A stretch of 64,000 nucleotides of DNA from the human T2T-CHM13v2.0 reference genome, Homo sapiens. The stretch lies in assembly GCF_009914755.1 (NCBI RefSeq), contig NC_060926.1. The stretch is one strand, 5' to 3'. Shown here one piece after another: positions 40,095-57,300 of this stretch. A model generated the notes under the pieces. That model saw nothing but the letters and a program-made list of their open reading frames with translations. It did no database searches and was not told where the DNA came from. How positions within the stretch are numbered: position 1 is the first letter of the stretch; each line of letters opens with the position of its first letter. The position numbers were made by a program, and so were the translations under genes.

Positions 40095-42143
40095 CTCAGG
40101 GATGGAAGGCTGGTTCAATATTCAAAAACAATTAATGTGATCTATCATATTAATAGGCTAAATAAGAAAAATCATTGGATCTTATAATTAGATGCTGAAA
40201 AAGCATTTGACAAAATTCAATATCAATCTATGATAAAACCTCTTAGAAATATGGGAATAGAGGGGAAATCCCTCTACTTGATAAAGAACAACTGCAAAAT
40301 ACTACAGATAACACTAGTGGTGAAACACTGAATGCTTTCTGCCTAATATTGGGAAGAAGGTAAGATGTCCACTTTCACCATTCTTAACTGACACCGTGCT
40401 TAAGTACGAAACAGTGCAAGAAGGCAAGAAAAGGCAAACAGATCAGAAAATAATAAAACTGTTCTTATTTTCAGATATAGTGGTTGTTTACCTAGAAAAC
40501 CCCATGGAATCTGCAGGAAAACTCCTAGAACTAGTAAGTGGATTTGGCAAGTTCATAGGACACAAGATAAACATTCAAAAATTAAAATTGTTGGCTGGGC
40601 ACAGTGGCTCATGCCTGTAATCCCAGCACTTTGGGAGGCTGAGGCAGGCAGATAACTTGAGGTCAGGAGTTCGAGACCAGCCTGGGAAATATGGTGAAAC
40701 CCCGTCTCTACTAAATACACAAAAACTAGCTGGGTGTGTTGGCACATGCCTGTAATCCCAGCTACTCGGGAGGTTGAGGCAGGAGAATCACTTCAACCTG
40801 GGAGGTGGAGGTTGCAGTGAGCCAAGATAGTGCCACTGTACTCCAGCCTGGGGGACAGAGCAAGGCTCTGTCTCAAAAAAAATTAAAATTATTGGCTGGG
40901 CATGCTGGCTAACGCCTGTAATCCCAGCATTTTGGGAGGCTGGGGCAGGAGGATTGCTTAAGGCCAGAAGTTCGAGACCAGCCTGGGCAACATAGCAAGA
41001 CCCCATCTCTACAAAAATCAAAATATTAGCCAGGCATGGTGACACATGTCTGTAGTGCCACCTAGCTACTTGGGAGGCTGAGGTGAAAGAATTACTTGAG
41101 CCCAGGGGTTCAAGACTGCAGTAATCTGTGTGCCACTGCACTCCAGCCTGGGTGACAGAGTGAGACCCAATCTCTAAAACCAAACCAAAAGAAAACAAAA
41201 AACAAAAATCAATTGTACTTCTACATACTAGCAAGGAACACGTTGACAATGACATTAACACTAAAATACCACTTACAATAGCTCAAAAAAAGAATACTTC
41301 TTTTTATTTTGTAGGTGGAAATCCAAACATGTACAGAACTTGCATGCTGAAAACTACACAGTTAACAAAAGAAATCAAGGAAAATCTAAATAAGACATAC
41401 CACGTTCATGAATTGGAGGCCTTAGCATAGTAAAGATGTTAATTCTCCCCAAGTTAATGCAATTTTAATGCAATTCCTATCAAAATTCAAGCAGGATTTT
41501 TGAAGATATAAAAAGATTATTCTAAAATTTATGTGAAAAATCAAAGAGATTAGAATACCTAAAACAATTTTGAAAAAAAAAGAATAAAGCAGATGAACCT
41601 AAATTAAAGACTTAATATATAACTACAGTAAACAAAATTCTGTGGTATTGGGGGAAAGACAGATACATAGGTAAATGTAAAAGAATAGAAAACCAAGAAA
41701 TAGACCCACACAAATATACCCAATTGATTTTTCACAAGGGTACAAAATCAATTCAATGGCAGAAAGATAGCTTTTTAAACAAATGGTACAGAAGAAGGTG
41801 GATACTCATAGGCCAAAAAAAAAAAAAAAAAAAAAAAAAGAACCTCTATGTCAACCTCACACTTTACGCAGAATTAACTCAAAATGGGTCACGGAATTAA
41901 ATGTGAAAAATAAAACTATAAAACATTTAGAATAAGAAGTAGGAAAATCTTTGAGATTTAGAGCTATAGCAAATAATTTTTAGACTTAAAGCCAAAAGCA
42001 CAATCCATAAAAGGAAAATTTATAAATGCGACTTCATCAAAATTGAAAACTTTTTAATTGAGAAAGACCCTGTTAAGAGAATAAAAACCACAAGCCACAT
42101 ACTTAGTGAAAGAAAATATTTGCAAACCACATGTCTGATAAAG
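40095..42143 (+). mobile_element. Old L1M ORF2 (RT to C-terminal region) with two tandem Alus
   Basis: cagggatggaaggctggttcaata, gatgctgaaaaagcatttgacaaaattcaa, and peptide LFSDIVVVYLENP. Confidence 0.82.
40593..41205 (+). mobile_element. AluS (40593-40882) inserted directly before an AluJ (40894-41205)
   Basis: Two sense dimers; TSD aaaaattaaaatt(g/a)tt around the first. Confidence 0.9.
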
Positions 42144-44948
<2,805 letters not shown>

Positions 44949-45049
44949 TCAATAGGGTTTGGTAATAACAGAACTTTAAACATGACCAAAATTTTCCACT
45001 ATTTCAAATACACTATGCATCTTCTATACATACCCCTTTAAAATTCGGG

Positions 45050-45392
45050 CTCTATCTCTCCAGCCACTTCCTCCCATGCATGCTACACTAGCCATTACAA
45101 AGTACTTATTATTCACTCCATACCCTTGTCTGTGTTGTTTTTCCTTCTGAATGGGATGCCTCATTCCTTTAGAGCTCCTGAGTATCTCCTTGTGTACTCC
45201 TCCCTGATATTCCTGGGCTGAATAGAAATTTCCTCTATAAAGCTTTTAGTGTCTCTTATTAATATATCATTCATTACAAATTATTTGTATGTCAATGGGA
45301 AGTCCCTGAGGACAGGAACCTATATCTTTTGAATATTATACTCCCTGTGGCAAGTAGAATGTCAGGCACAAAGTAGATACAATCAACTGAGT
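45050..45392 (+). mobile_element. L2 3' fragment
   Basis: gaagtccctgaggacaggaacc...agaatgtcaggcacaaagtagatac. Confidence 0.55.
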
Positions 45393-45756
45393 TACAGTTA
45401 AAAGAACCCGGCCAATTAGTAAATAAATTTAGCTTAAAAGAATATCATTAAAGTTACAATTTAGCTAAATAAACCTCAACCTCATGGTTCTTTGCTGATC
45501 GCTATGTCAATGTGTTTTATGATTCTGCTGGCTAAAAGTAAATGCAAATTACATGCTCAAAGGAAGAGTTTCTGTTACAGTCTTAAGTTGTCTGGAATAC
45601 AGCTGTCATAAACTAACCTCTTGGATTTTAAAAATAAAATCTAAGTTCAAAGACATGGATTCATGTAATATTACATAAAAAAGAACTTACTTTTCCAAAA
45701 TTATACTAACTTTACAGTAATAGCAATTTTAAAGATTTTTAAAATATATTACATAC

Positions 45757-45966
45757 CATTTCTATTTCTTGATCTTTAGCAACCAGCTGTCGATTAAGAA
45801 GTTCTTTGCTTGAGTCAAGTTTAATACAGAGTTCCCTAGTAGAAGACAAATCTGCAAGAGCGGACACTTTTTCAAACTGAACCTTCTGAAGCTCCTCTTC
45901 CATTTTTACAACAGATTTATGTAAGGTAGAAATCTGGGACTTGTAAGACCTTTCTGCATTTAAGTG
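45757..45966 (-). CDS. TSGA10: TSGA10 internal coding exon (210 bp, phase 0-0), HLNAERSYK...KDQEIEM
   Basis: Acceptor ttttattcttacag, donor ATG/gtatgt, and 70 open codons of coiled-coil sequence that I recognise as TSGA10. Splices in frame to the next exon. Confidence 0.95.
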
Positions 45967-46854
45967 CTGTAAGAATAAAATTATATATATGTATGTATAC
46001 ATATATATTAAACTGGAAGGAAACTATAACATGGAAAAATGAAGTGGGGCAAATCTAAGAGTAGTGCACTTAGATTGTATGAAGTTTAAATAATACAGGT
46101 GGTAACAATATGTACAAAACAGTCTAAGATAAATTCAGGTTTTGACTTTTTTTTTTTTTTACATAAAATTCATGAGCAGGGTGGTCAACTGGTCATTCTT
46201 TTTAATGTACTTAGGAAAAAAAAACCTTTCCCACTTAAAAGTCTCCAGCCCCAAAACTAGTTGAGATATATCATTTGACCAACAGTTTTACCTATATTAG
46301 CCAGTTTCAATTATTTTATAATACAAATGCTATTGTTGTTGTTAAAAACAAAAATGCTAGCCACTGTTTTATTCACAACATCTGTTTTTGAATTCTTGAC
46401 TGGCATGTCAATTTCAATCATAATGTCATAAAATGAAAACTGATAACTCTTTAACACTTACTAATACCTCTGAGGGAAAGAGACTAAGGGCAAGTATAAA
46501 TTAAGTATATATCCACATTATAGGAAATAAGAGTGTGTTTTTAAAACTATGAGATTCAAGTTACATAAATGCTTTCGAATGTTCAAGATAATTCCACCCC
46601 CACCCTTTTCTTTCAGAAAAATGTCTTATGTAAGTGCACTGCCACCTACAGAGAAGTATTTGTTTGCTATAATGTGAAGACAAGTAGAACTGAGAGGCAA
46701 ATAAATTTATGTGTTTTTACAAGTGATTTTACAAGTGTAAAGCACTAGAATTTGCTCCCATTATAAGTTATTTGGCCGTAATTCACTCCTACTTTCTCTC
46801 TATCTCTTCCCTTCCTTCCTCACTCACTCTTTCTTATTCTCCAAGCCAACTTTT

Positions 46855-47030
46855 TATCCATCCTTCCATCCACCCACCCATTCATCACATATATATTGAA
46901 TATACTCTATGTTCCAGTCACTGTGGCTAGGTACATATTCGATGGTATGTGGTATCTGCTCTAATGAAACATCCAGACTACTAGAGAAGTCATATATTAA
47001 TCAAATAATGATACAAATAACTATATAAAT
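46855..47030 (-). mobile_element. L2 3' fragment
   Basis: cattcatcacatatatattgaatatactctatgttccagtcactgtggctagg. Confidence 0.55.
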
Positions 47031-47059
47031 ACATACAAAGAAAATATAATTAATACCCT

Positions 47060-48418
<1,359 letters not shown>

Positions 48419-51342
48419 TTAAGATCTGTGAGGCAAAAGCATCCAGTAACCTATAAAGAAAAACCTATCAGATTAATAGCAGATTTCTTAGCAGAAACCA
48501 TACAAGCTAGAAGAGATTGGGGTCCTATCTTTTACCTCCTTAAACAAAACAATTATCAGCCAAGATTTTGTCTCCAGTGAAACTAAGCTTCAAAAATGAA
48601 AAAAAAAAAAGTTTTTTTTCAGACAAATGCTGAGAGAAGTTGCCACTACCATGTCAGCACTATGAGAACTGCTGACAGGAGTTCTAAATCTTGAGACAAA
48701 ACCTTGAAATACACCAAAATAGAATCTCTTTAAAGTATAACTCTCACAAGGCCTATAAAACAATAACACAATTAAAGAAAAACAAAGTATTCAGGCAACA
48801 AGTAGCATAATGAATAATAGTACCTCACATCTCAATACTAACATTGAATGTAAATGGTCTAAATGCTCTACCTAAAAGACACAGAATGGCAGAATTGATA
48901 AGAATACACTAAATAAGTATCTGATGTCTTCAAGAGACTCACCTAACACATAAGGACTCATACAAACTTAAGTAAAGGGGTGGAAAAACATATTCCATAC
49001 AAAATGAAAACCAAAAGCGAGCAGGAGTAGCTATTCTTATATCAGACAAAGCAAACTTTAAAGCAACAACAGTTAAAAAAGACAAAGAGGGACATTATAT
49101 AATGATAAAAGGAAGAGTCTAACAGGAAAATCTCACAGTTCTAAATATTTATGCATCTAACATTGGAGCTCCCAAATTTATAAGCAATTACTACTAGACC
49201 TAAAAAATGAGATAGATGGCAACACAATAATAGTGGGGGACTTCAATAGACAGGTCATTAAGACAGAAAGTTTAAAAAGAAACAATGGACTTAAACTATA
49301 CCCTAGAACAAATGCACTTCACAGATATTTACAGAACATTCTACCGAACAATTGCAGGACATACATTCTATTCATCAGCACAAGGAACATTCTCCAAAAC
49401 AGACCATATGATAGGCCATAAAACAAGTCTCAATAAATTTTTAAAAATCAAATTTATATCAAGTATCTTCTCAAACCACAATGGAATAAAACTGGAAATT
49501 ACCTCCAATAGGAACCCTCAAAACTATAAAAATATATGGACATTAAATAATCTGCTCTTGAATGATCTCTGGTTCAACAATGAAATCGAGATGGAAATTA
49601 AAAAATTATTTGAGCTGAACAATAATAGTGCCACAACTTATCAAAACCTCTGGGATACAGCAAAAGTGGTACTAAGAGGAAAGTTCATACTATTAAATGC
49701 CTACATCAAAAAGTCTGAAAGAGCACAATCTAAGGTCACACCTCAAGGAACTAGAGAAACAAGAACAAACCAAACTCAAACCCCGCAGAAGAAAAGAAAT
49801 AACAAAGATCAGAGCAGAACTAAAATGGAAACAACCAAAAAAAAAAAAACCACTACAAAAGATAAAAGAAACAAAAAGCTGGTTGAGAAGATAAACAAAG
49901 CTGATAGACTATTAGTGAGATTAACCAAGAAAAGAGCAGAGAAGATCCAAATAAGTCCAGTTAGAAACGAAATGGGAGCTATTACAACCAATACCACGGA
50001 AATACAAAAGATCATTCAAGGCTACTATGAACATTGTTACATGCATAAACTAGAAAACCTAGAGGAAATGGATAAATTCCTGGAAATATACAACCCTTCT
50101 AGATTACAAGCAGCAAGATTCAAATGGTAAAAAACAAAAAAACAAGAAACAAAAACAAAAAACTGCCTGCCAATGAAGAAAAGTCCAGGACCAGATGAAT
50201 TCACAGCTGAATTCTGTCATTCAAAGAACTGGTACCAATCCTACTGAAATTATTCCACAAGGCAGAGAAAGAGAGAATGCTCCCTAAATCATTCTATGAA
50301 GCCAATATCACACTAATACCAAAACTAGGAAAGGACATAACAAAAAAAGAAAACTACAGACCAATATCCCTGATGAACATAGCTGCAAAAATCCTCAATA
50401 AAATACTAGCTAGCCGAATCCAACAGCATAACAAAAAGATAATACATCATGATCAAATGGGTTTCATATCAGGGATGCAGGGATGGTTTAACGTAAGTAA
50501 GTCAATAAATATGATAGACCACATAAACAGAATTAAAAACAAAAATCACATGATCATCTCCATAGATGCAGACAAAACATATGACAAACTCCAGTATTCC
50601 TTTATCATTAAAACCCTCAGCAAAATCAGCATAGAAGGGACATACCCTAAGGTAATAAAAGCCATCTATGACAAACCCACAGACAATATTACCGAATGGG
50701 GAAAAGTTGAAAGCATTCCCCCTAAGAACTAGAACAAGACAAGAATGCCCACTTTCACTACTTCTATTCAACATAGTACTGGAAGTCTTAGCCAGAGCAA
50801 TCAGACAACAGAAAGAAATAAAAGGCACCCAAATTGGTAAAGAGGAAGTCAATTGTCACTGTTCGCCAATTATAGGATCATATACCTAGAAAACTCTAAA
50901 GATTCATCCAAAAGCTCCCAGATCTGATAAATGAATTCAGTATACAAAATCAATGTACATAAATCATCACTGCTATACACCAACAGTGACCAAGTTGAGA
51001 ATCAAATCAAGAACTCAACTCCTTTTACAATAGCAAAAACAAAAAACAAAAAACAAAAAAACACAACTTAGGAATATACCTAACCAAGGAGGTGAAAGAG
51101 CTCTACAAGGAAAACTACAAAACACTGCTGAAAGAAATCATTTATGACACAAACAAATGGAAATACATCCCATGCTCATGGATGGGTAGAATCAATATTG
51201 TAAAAATGAGCATACTGCCAAAAACAATATACAAATTCAAGGCAATTCCTATCAAAATACCATCATCATTCTTCATAGAACCAGAAAAAAAAAAACCTAA
51301 ACATCCTAAAATTCGTATATGACTAAAAAAGAGCCAGCATAC

Positions 51343-51894
51343 TGTAGAAAGTAGAAAAGTTAATCTTCAAAGTTCGTCTTGATTTAAAAATAAAATAATA
51401 GACACTAGGAATAACAGTTCCTTACTCTAAAGCCTCCTATCAACTATTAGTTCTTACACTTTAGCCCAGTTAGTTGCTTTGGCTTACTCAGGCATGTCTG
51501 GACAGGCCCAGGCAAGTCTTAGCTCATAGCTTATGCCCCTTCCTTATTTGGAAATGTTATTGTTTCCTTAAACCTTTCATAAGCAACTTCCTCTTCTTTG
51601 TTCTCTCTTGCACTTACCTATTTAGGAAAGTTTTAGGTTATTAGCAAATTGGGTATCAGTTTAAGATTGTGAGGTCCAGCTCCAGCCAATGGATGCAGGA
51701 CACTGCAGTAAGGATGACCCAAATGCATAAGAGATAAACATGTCTGCTTTTCCTTTGCTCAAGTGTGCTCTCACCATTGTTCCATCTGCAATGGGCACCC
51801 TTTCTGCAGAAAGTAAAAATGGCCTTGCTGAGGGAATTAAATTTATGTTCAAGTGCTATTTCTTTGCGACACCAGGGAACAAGCATTTCTAACA
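51343..51894 (+). mobile_element. ERV1 solo LTR, LTR10B-like
   Basis: 552 bp TG...CA element with 4 bp TSD atac, CCAAT at ~51687 and ATTAAA at ~51836. It interrupts the L1 cleanly. The subfamily name is from memory of tgtagaaagtagaaaagtt. Confidence 0.82.
51490..51519. promoter_or_regulatory. p53-family response element (three tandem decamers)
   Basis: AGGCATGTCT GGACAGGCCC AGGCAAGTCT versus RRRCWWGYYY: 10/10, 9/10, 10/10, with no spacers. Confidence 0.75.
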
Positions 51895-52566
51895 ATACCC
51901 AAAGCAAGACTAAGCAAAAAGAACAAATCTGGAGGCATCACTTACCCAACTTCAAACTATACTACAAGGCTATGTTACCAAAATAGCATGGTACTGGTAT
52001 AAAAATAGGCACATAGACCAATGGAACAGAATAGAGAACACAGAAATAAAGCCAAAACTTACAGCCAAGTGATCTTCGAGAGAGCAAACAAAAACATAAA
52101 GTGGGGAAAGAACACCTTATTCAACAAAATGGTGCTGAGATAATTGGCAAGCTATATGTAGAAGAATGAAACTGGATCCTCACCTCTCACCTTATACAAA
52201 AATCAACTCAAAATGATCAAAGACTTAAATCTAAGACCTAAAACCATAAAAATTCTAGAACATCAGAAAAACCCTTCTAGACATTGGCTTAGGCAAACCC
52301 TTCATTACCAAGAACACAAAAGCAAATGCAACACAAAGATAAATAGATGCGACTTAATTAAACTAAAAAACTTCTGCACAGCAAAAGAAATAATCATCAG
52401 AGTAAACAGACAGCCCCCAGAGTGGGAGAAAATCTTTGCAAATGACGCATCCAATAAAATAATAATATCCAGAATGTACAAGGAACTCAAACAAATCAGC
52501 AAGAAAGAAACAAACAATCTGATCAAAAAGTGGGCTATGCACATGAATAGACAATTGCCCCCCCAC

Positions 52567-52652
52567 CTTTTTTTTTTTTTTTTTTTGAGACAGGGTCTTA
52601 CTCTGTTGCCCAGGCTGGAGTGCAGTGGTACTGTCTCGGCTCACTGCAACCT
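52567..52652 (-). mobile_element. Alu 3' fragment
   Basis: Poly(T) plus ~70 bp of right arm, cut at cactgcaacctct. Confidence 0.85.
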
Positions 52653-53038
52653 CTCTGGTTGAAAATGACATTTTTATAGATAAACACAAACATTTTGAAG
52701 GTTTGAGTCACTCGCTTTGTGAGGCTTGGCCAGTGTTATATTGTTCTCTTCACAGCCTTTGTGAGCCAAGACAGGTCTTTGAGTTGAGATGTGCTGGGGC
52801 GCAGGTCTTATGTGGTACCACATTCTAGAACAGAAATGACTGGGTGCATTTTGTTGGCCCTGGGGCATCCTAAAAGGGCCCCTCAGTAGGGAAGAAAGCG
52901 CTGTAGACGGGACATGGCCAGCCCATCCAGCAGAGAGGGCCCAGCAGGTAGCACGGAGAAGGCTGGTCAGCTGTCTGGGGCTCTGACCAGACGAGATTTC
53001 CCTCACCTCAGTCAGGCTGCTCTTTGGCCACTGTGTAA

Positions 53039-53525
<487 letters not shown>

Positions 53526-53564
53526 CCATTCTTTATTTTGTAAGATTGAGGAGAACACATTTTC

Positions 53565-54356
53565 AAGCAACCTGATGTCATAATTAACAAGCAAAACTTC
53601 AAAGTAGGCATTAAAAATATGTTCAAGGACCTAATGATGCATGGTTAATGAAGTAAAGGAAGATATGATGACAATGTCTCATCAAATAAAGATTATAAAA
53701 AATATATATAAATCATTTTTTTAAAAGAACAAAATGGAATGTCTGAAACTTGAAATTACAATAATTGAAATGAAAAGGTTTCCCAGAGGGTCTCAGCAGT
53801 GGATTCTGAACTGGCAGAGGAAACAATTAATGAATTTAAAAAAGATTGATGAAGATTATGCAATTTGATGAAGAAAAAAAGCAGAATGAAGAAAAATGAA
53901 CAAACCTCAGAAAAATATAGGACACTATTAAGCACACCAACCTACATATAATGATAGTAGTAGAAGGAGAGGATATAGAAAGGACCAGAAGAAATAATTG
54001 AAAAAATAATGGCTGGAAACTTCATAAATTTCAAGGAAAATTTTCATCTTCATATTTAGCATGCTAAATAAGCAAGTAGGATAAAAGCTAAGAGATCTAC
54101 AATCAGACACATCATTATAAAAATGCTGAAAGCAAGGAAAATATCTTGAAAGCAGCAAGGGAAAAATGGCTTGTCAATTGCACAGGAACTCCAATAATAT
54201 TAACAACTGACTTCTAAGCAGAAACAATGGAATCCAGAAAGCAGTGATCTAACATATTCAAAGAGCTCAAAAAACAAAACAACCCAAAATACCAAGAATT
54301 CTTGTCAACCAAGAAGCCTACACCCAGGAGAACTACCTTTCAGAATGAAGGGAAAA
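53565..54356 (+). mobile_element. Old L1M ORF1 region (continues at ~60286)
   Basis: aaaatatgttcaaggac...aacaactgacttctaagcagaaacaatggaatccagaa. Confidence 0.72.
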
Positions 54357-57300
54357 TCTCTACAGAAATGCTACAAGCCAGAAGAGAGTGGGAGCCAATA
54401 TTCAACATTCTTAAAGAAAAGAATTCTCAACCCAGAATTTCATATCCAGCCAAACTAAGCTTCATAAGAGAAGGAGAAATAAAATCCTTCACAGACAAGC
54501 AAATGCTGGGACATTTTGTTACCACCAGGCCTGCCTTACAAGAGCTCTGAAAAAGCACTAAAATTGGATAGGAAAAACTGGTACCAGCCACTGCAAAAAC
54601 ATACCAAATTGTAAAGACCATCAACACTATGAAGAAACTTCACCAACTAATGGGCAAAATAACCAGGTAGCATCATAATGACAGGATCGAATTCACACAT
54701 AACAATATTAACCTTAAATGTAACTGGGCTAAATGCCCCAATTAAAAGACACAGACTGGCAAATTGGATAGTCAAGACCCACTGGTGTGCTGTATTCAGG
54801 AGATCCATCTCACGTACGAAAACACACATAGGCTCAAAATAAAGGGATGGAGGAATATTTACCAAGCAAATGGAAAGCAAAAAAAAAAAAAAAAAAATCA
54901 GGAGTTGCAATTTTAATCTCTGATAAAACAGACTTTAAACCAACAAAGATCAAAAGAGACAAAGAAGGGCATAAAATAATGGTAAAAACATCAATGCAAC
55001 AAGAAAAGCTAACTATCCTAAATATATATGCACCCAATACAGGAACACCCAGATTCATAAAACAAGTTCTTAAAGACCTATGAGAGACTTAGACTCCCAC
55101 ACAATAATAGTGGGAGATTTTAACACCCCAATGTCAATATTAGACAAATCAATGAGACAGAAAATTAACAAAGGTATTCAGGACTTGAACTCAGCTCTGG
55201 ACCAAGCGGACCAAGCAGACAACAGAACTCTCCACTCCAAATCAACAGAATATACATTCTTCTCAGCACCTCATCACACTTATTCTAAAATTGACCATAT
55301 AATTGGAAGTAAAACACTCCTCAGCAAATGCAAAATAACAGAAATCATAATAAACAGTTTCTCAGACCACAGTGCAATCAAATTAGAACTCAGGATTAAG
55401 AAATCCACTCAAAACCGCACAACTACATGGAAACTGAACAACCTGCTCCTGAATGACTACTGGGTACATAACAAAATGAAGGCAGAAATAAAGATGTTCT
55501 TGGAAACCAACAAGAACAAAGACAGAACGTAACAGAATCTCTGGGACACATTTAAAGCAGTGGGTAGAGAGAAATTTATAGCACTAAATGCCCACAAAAG
55601 AAAGCAAGAAAAATCTAAAATCGACACCCTAACATCACAATTAAAAGAACTAGAGAAGCAAGAGCAAACAAATTCAAAAGCTAGCAGAAGACAAGAAATA
55701 ACTAAGATCAGAGCAGAACTGAAGGAGACAGAGACACAAAAAACCCTTCAAAAAATCACTGATGCCACAAAGATACTCCTCGAGAAGGGCAACTCCAAGA
55801 CACATAATTGTCAGATTCACCAAAATTGAAATGAAGGAAAAAATGTTAAGGGCAGCCAGAAAGAAAGGTCGGGTTACCCACAAAGGGAAGCCCATCAGAC
55901 TAACAGAGGATCTCTCGGCAGAAACTCTACAAACCAGAAGACAGCAGGGCCAATATTCAACATTCTTAAAGAAAAGAATTTTCAACGCAGAATTTCATAT
56001 CCAGCCAAACTAAGCTTCAAAAGTGAAGGAGAAATAAAATGCTTTAAAGACAAGCAAATGCTGAGAGATTTTGTCACCACCAGGCCTGCCCTAAAAGAGC
56101 TCCTGAAGGAAGCACTAAACATGGAAAGGAACAACTGGTACCAGCCACTGCAAAAACATGACAAATTGTAAAGACCATTGATGCTAGGAAGAAACTGCAT
56201 CAACTAACGAGCAAAATAACCAGCTAACATCATAATGACAGGATCAAATTCACACATGACAATATTAACCTTAAATGTAAATGGGCTAAATGCTCCAATT
56301 AAAAGACACAGACTGGCAAATTTGATAGAGTCAAGACCCATCAGTGTGCTGTATGCAGGAGACCCATCTCATGTGCAGAGACATACATAGGCTCAAAATA
56401 AACGGACGGAGGAAGAGCAAATGGAAAACAAAAAATGGCAGGAGTTGCAATCCTGGTCTCTGATAAAACAGACTTTAAACCACAAAGATCAAAAGAGACA
56501 AAGAAGGCCATTACATAATGGTAAAGGGACCAATTCAACAAGAAGAGCCAACTATCCTAAATATATATGTACCCAATACAGGAGCACCCAGATGAATAAA
56601 GCAAGTCCTTAGAGATCTACAAAGAGACTTAGACTCCCACATAATAATAATGGGAGACTTTAACACCCCACTGTCAACATTAGACAGATCAGCGAGACAG
56701 AAAGTTAACAAGGATACCCAGGAATTGAACTCAGCTCTGCACCAAGCAGACCTAATAGACATCTACAGAACACTCCACCCCAAATCAACAGAATATACAT
56801 TCTTCTCAGCACCACACCACACTTATTCCAAAATTGACCACATAGTTGGAAGTAAAGCACTCCTTAGCAAATGTAAAAGAACAGAAATTATAACAAACTG
56901 TCTCTCAGACCACAGTGCAATCAACTAAAACTCAGGATGAAGAAGCTCACTCAAAACCACTCAACTACATGGAAACTGAACAACCTGCTCCTGAATGACT
57001 ACTGGGTACATAACAAAATGAAGGCAGAAATAAAGATGTTCTTTGAAACCAATGAGAACAAAGACACAACATACTAGAATCTCTGGGACACAGCTAAAGC
57101 AGTGTGTAGAGGGAAATTTATAGCATTAAATGCCCACAAGAGAAAGCAAGAAAGATCTAAAATTGACAAACTAACATCACAATTAAAAGAACTAGAGAAG
57201 CAAGAGCAAACACATTCAAAAGCTAGCAGAAGGCAAGAAATAACTAAGAACAGAGAAGAACTGAAGGATATAGAGACACAAAAAACCCTTCAAAAAATCA

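Noticed and set aside
52674-53006. 110 aa minus-strand ORF in the GC-richer island as a candidate TSGA10 exon
   Set aside because: No resemblance to the coiled-coil protein or any family I recognise, and no convincing splice pair.
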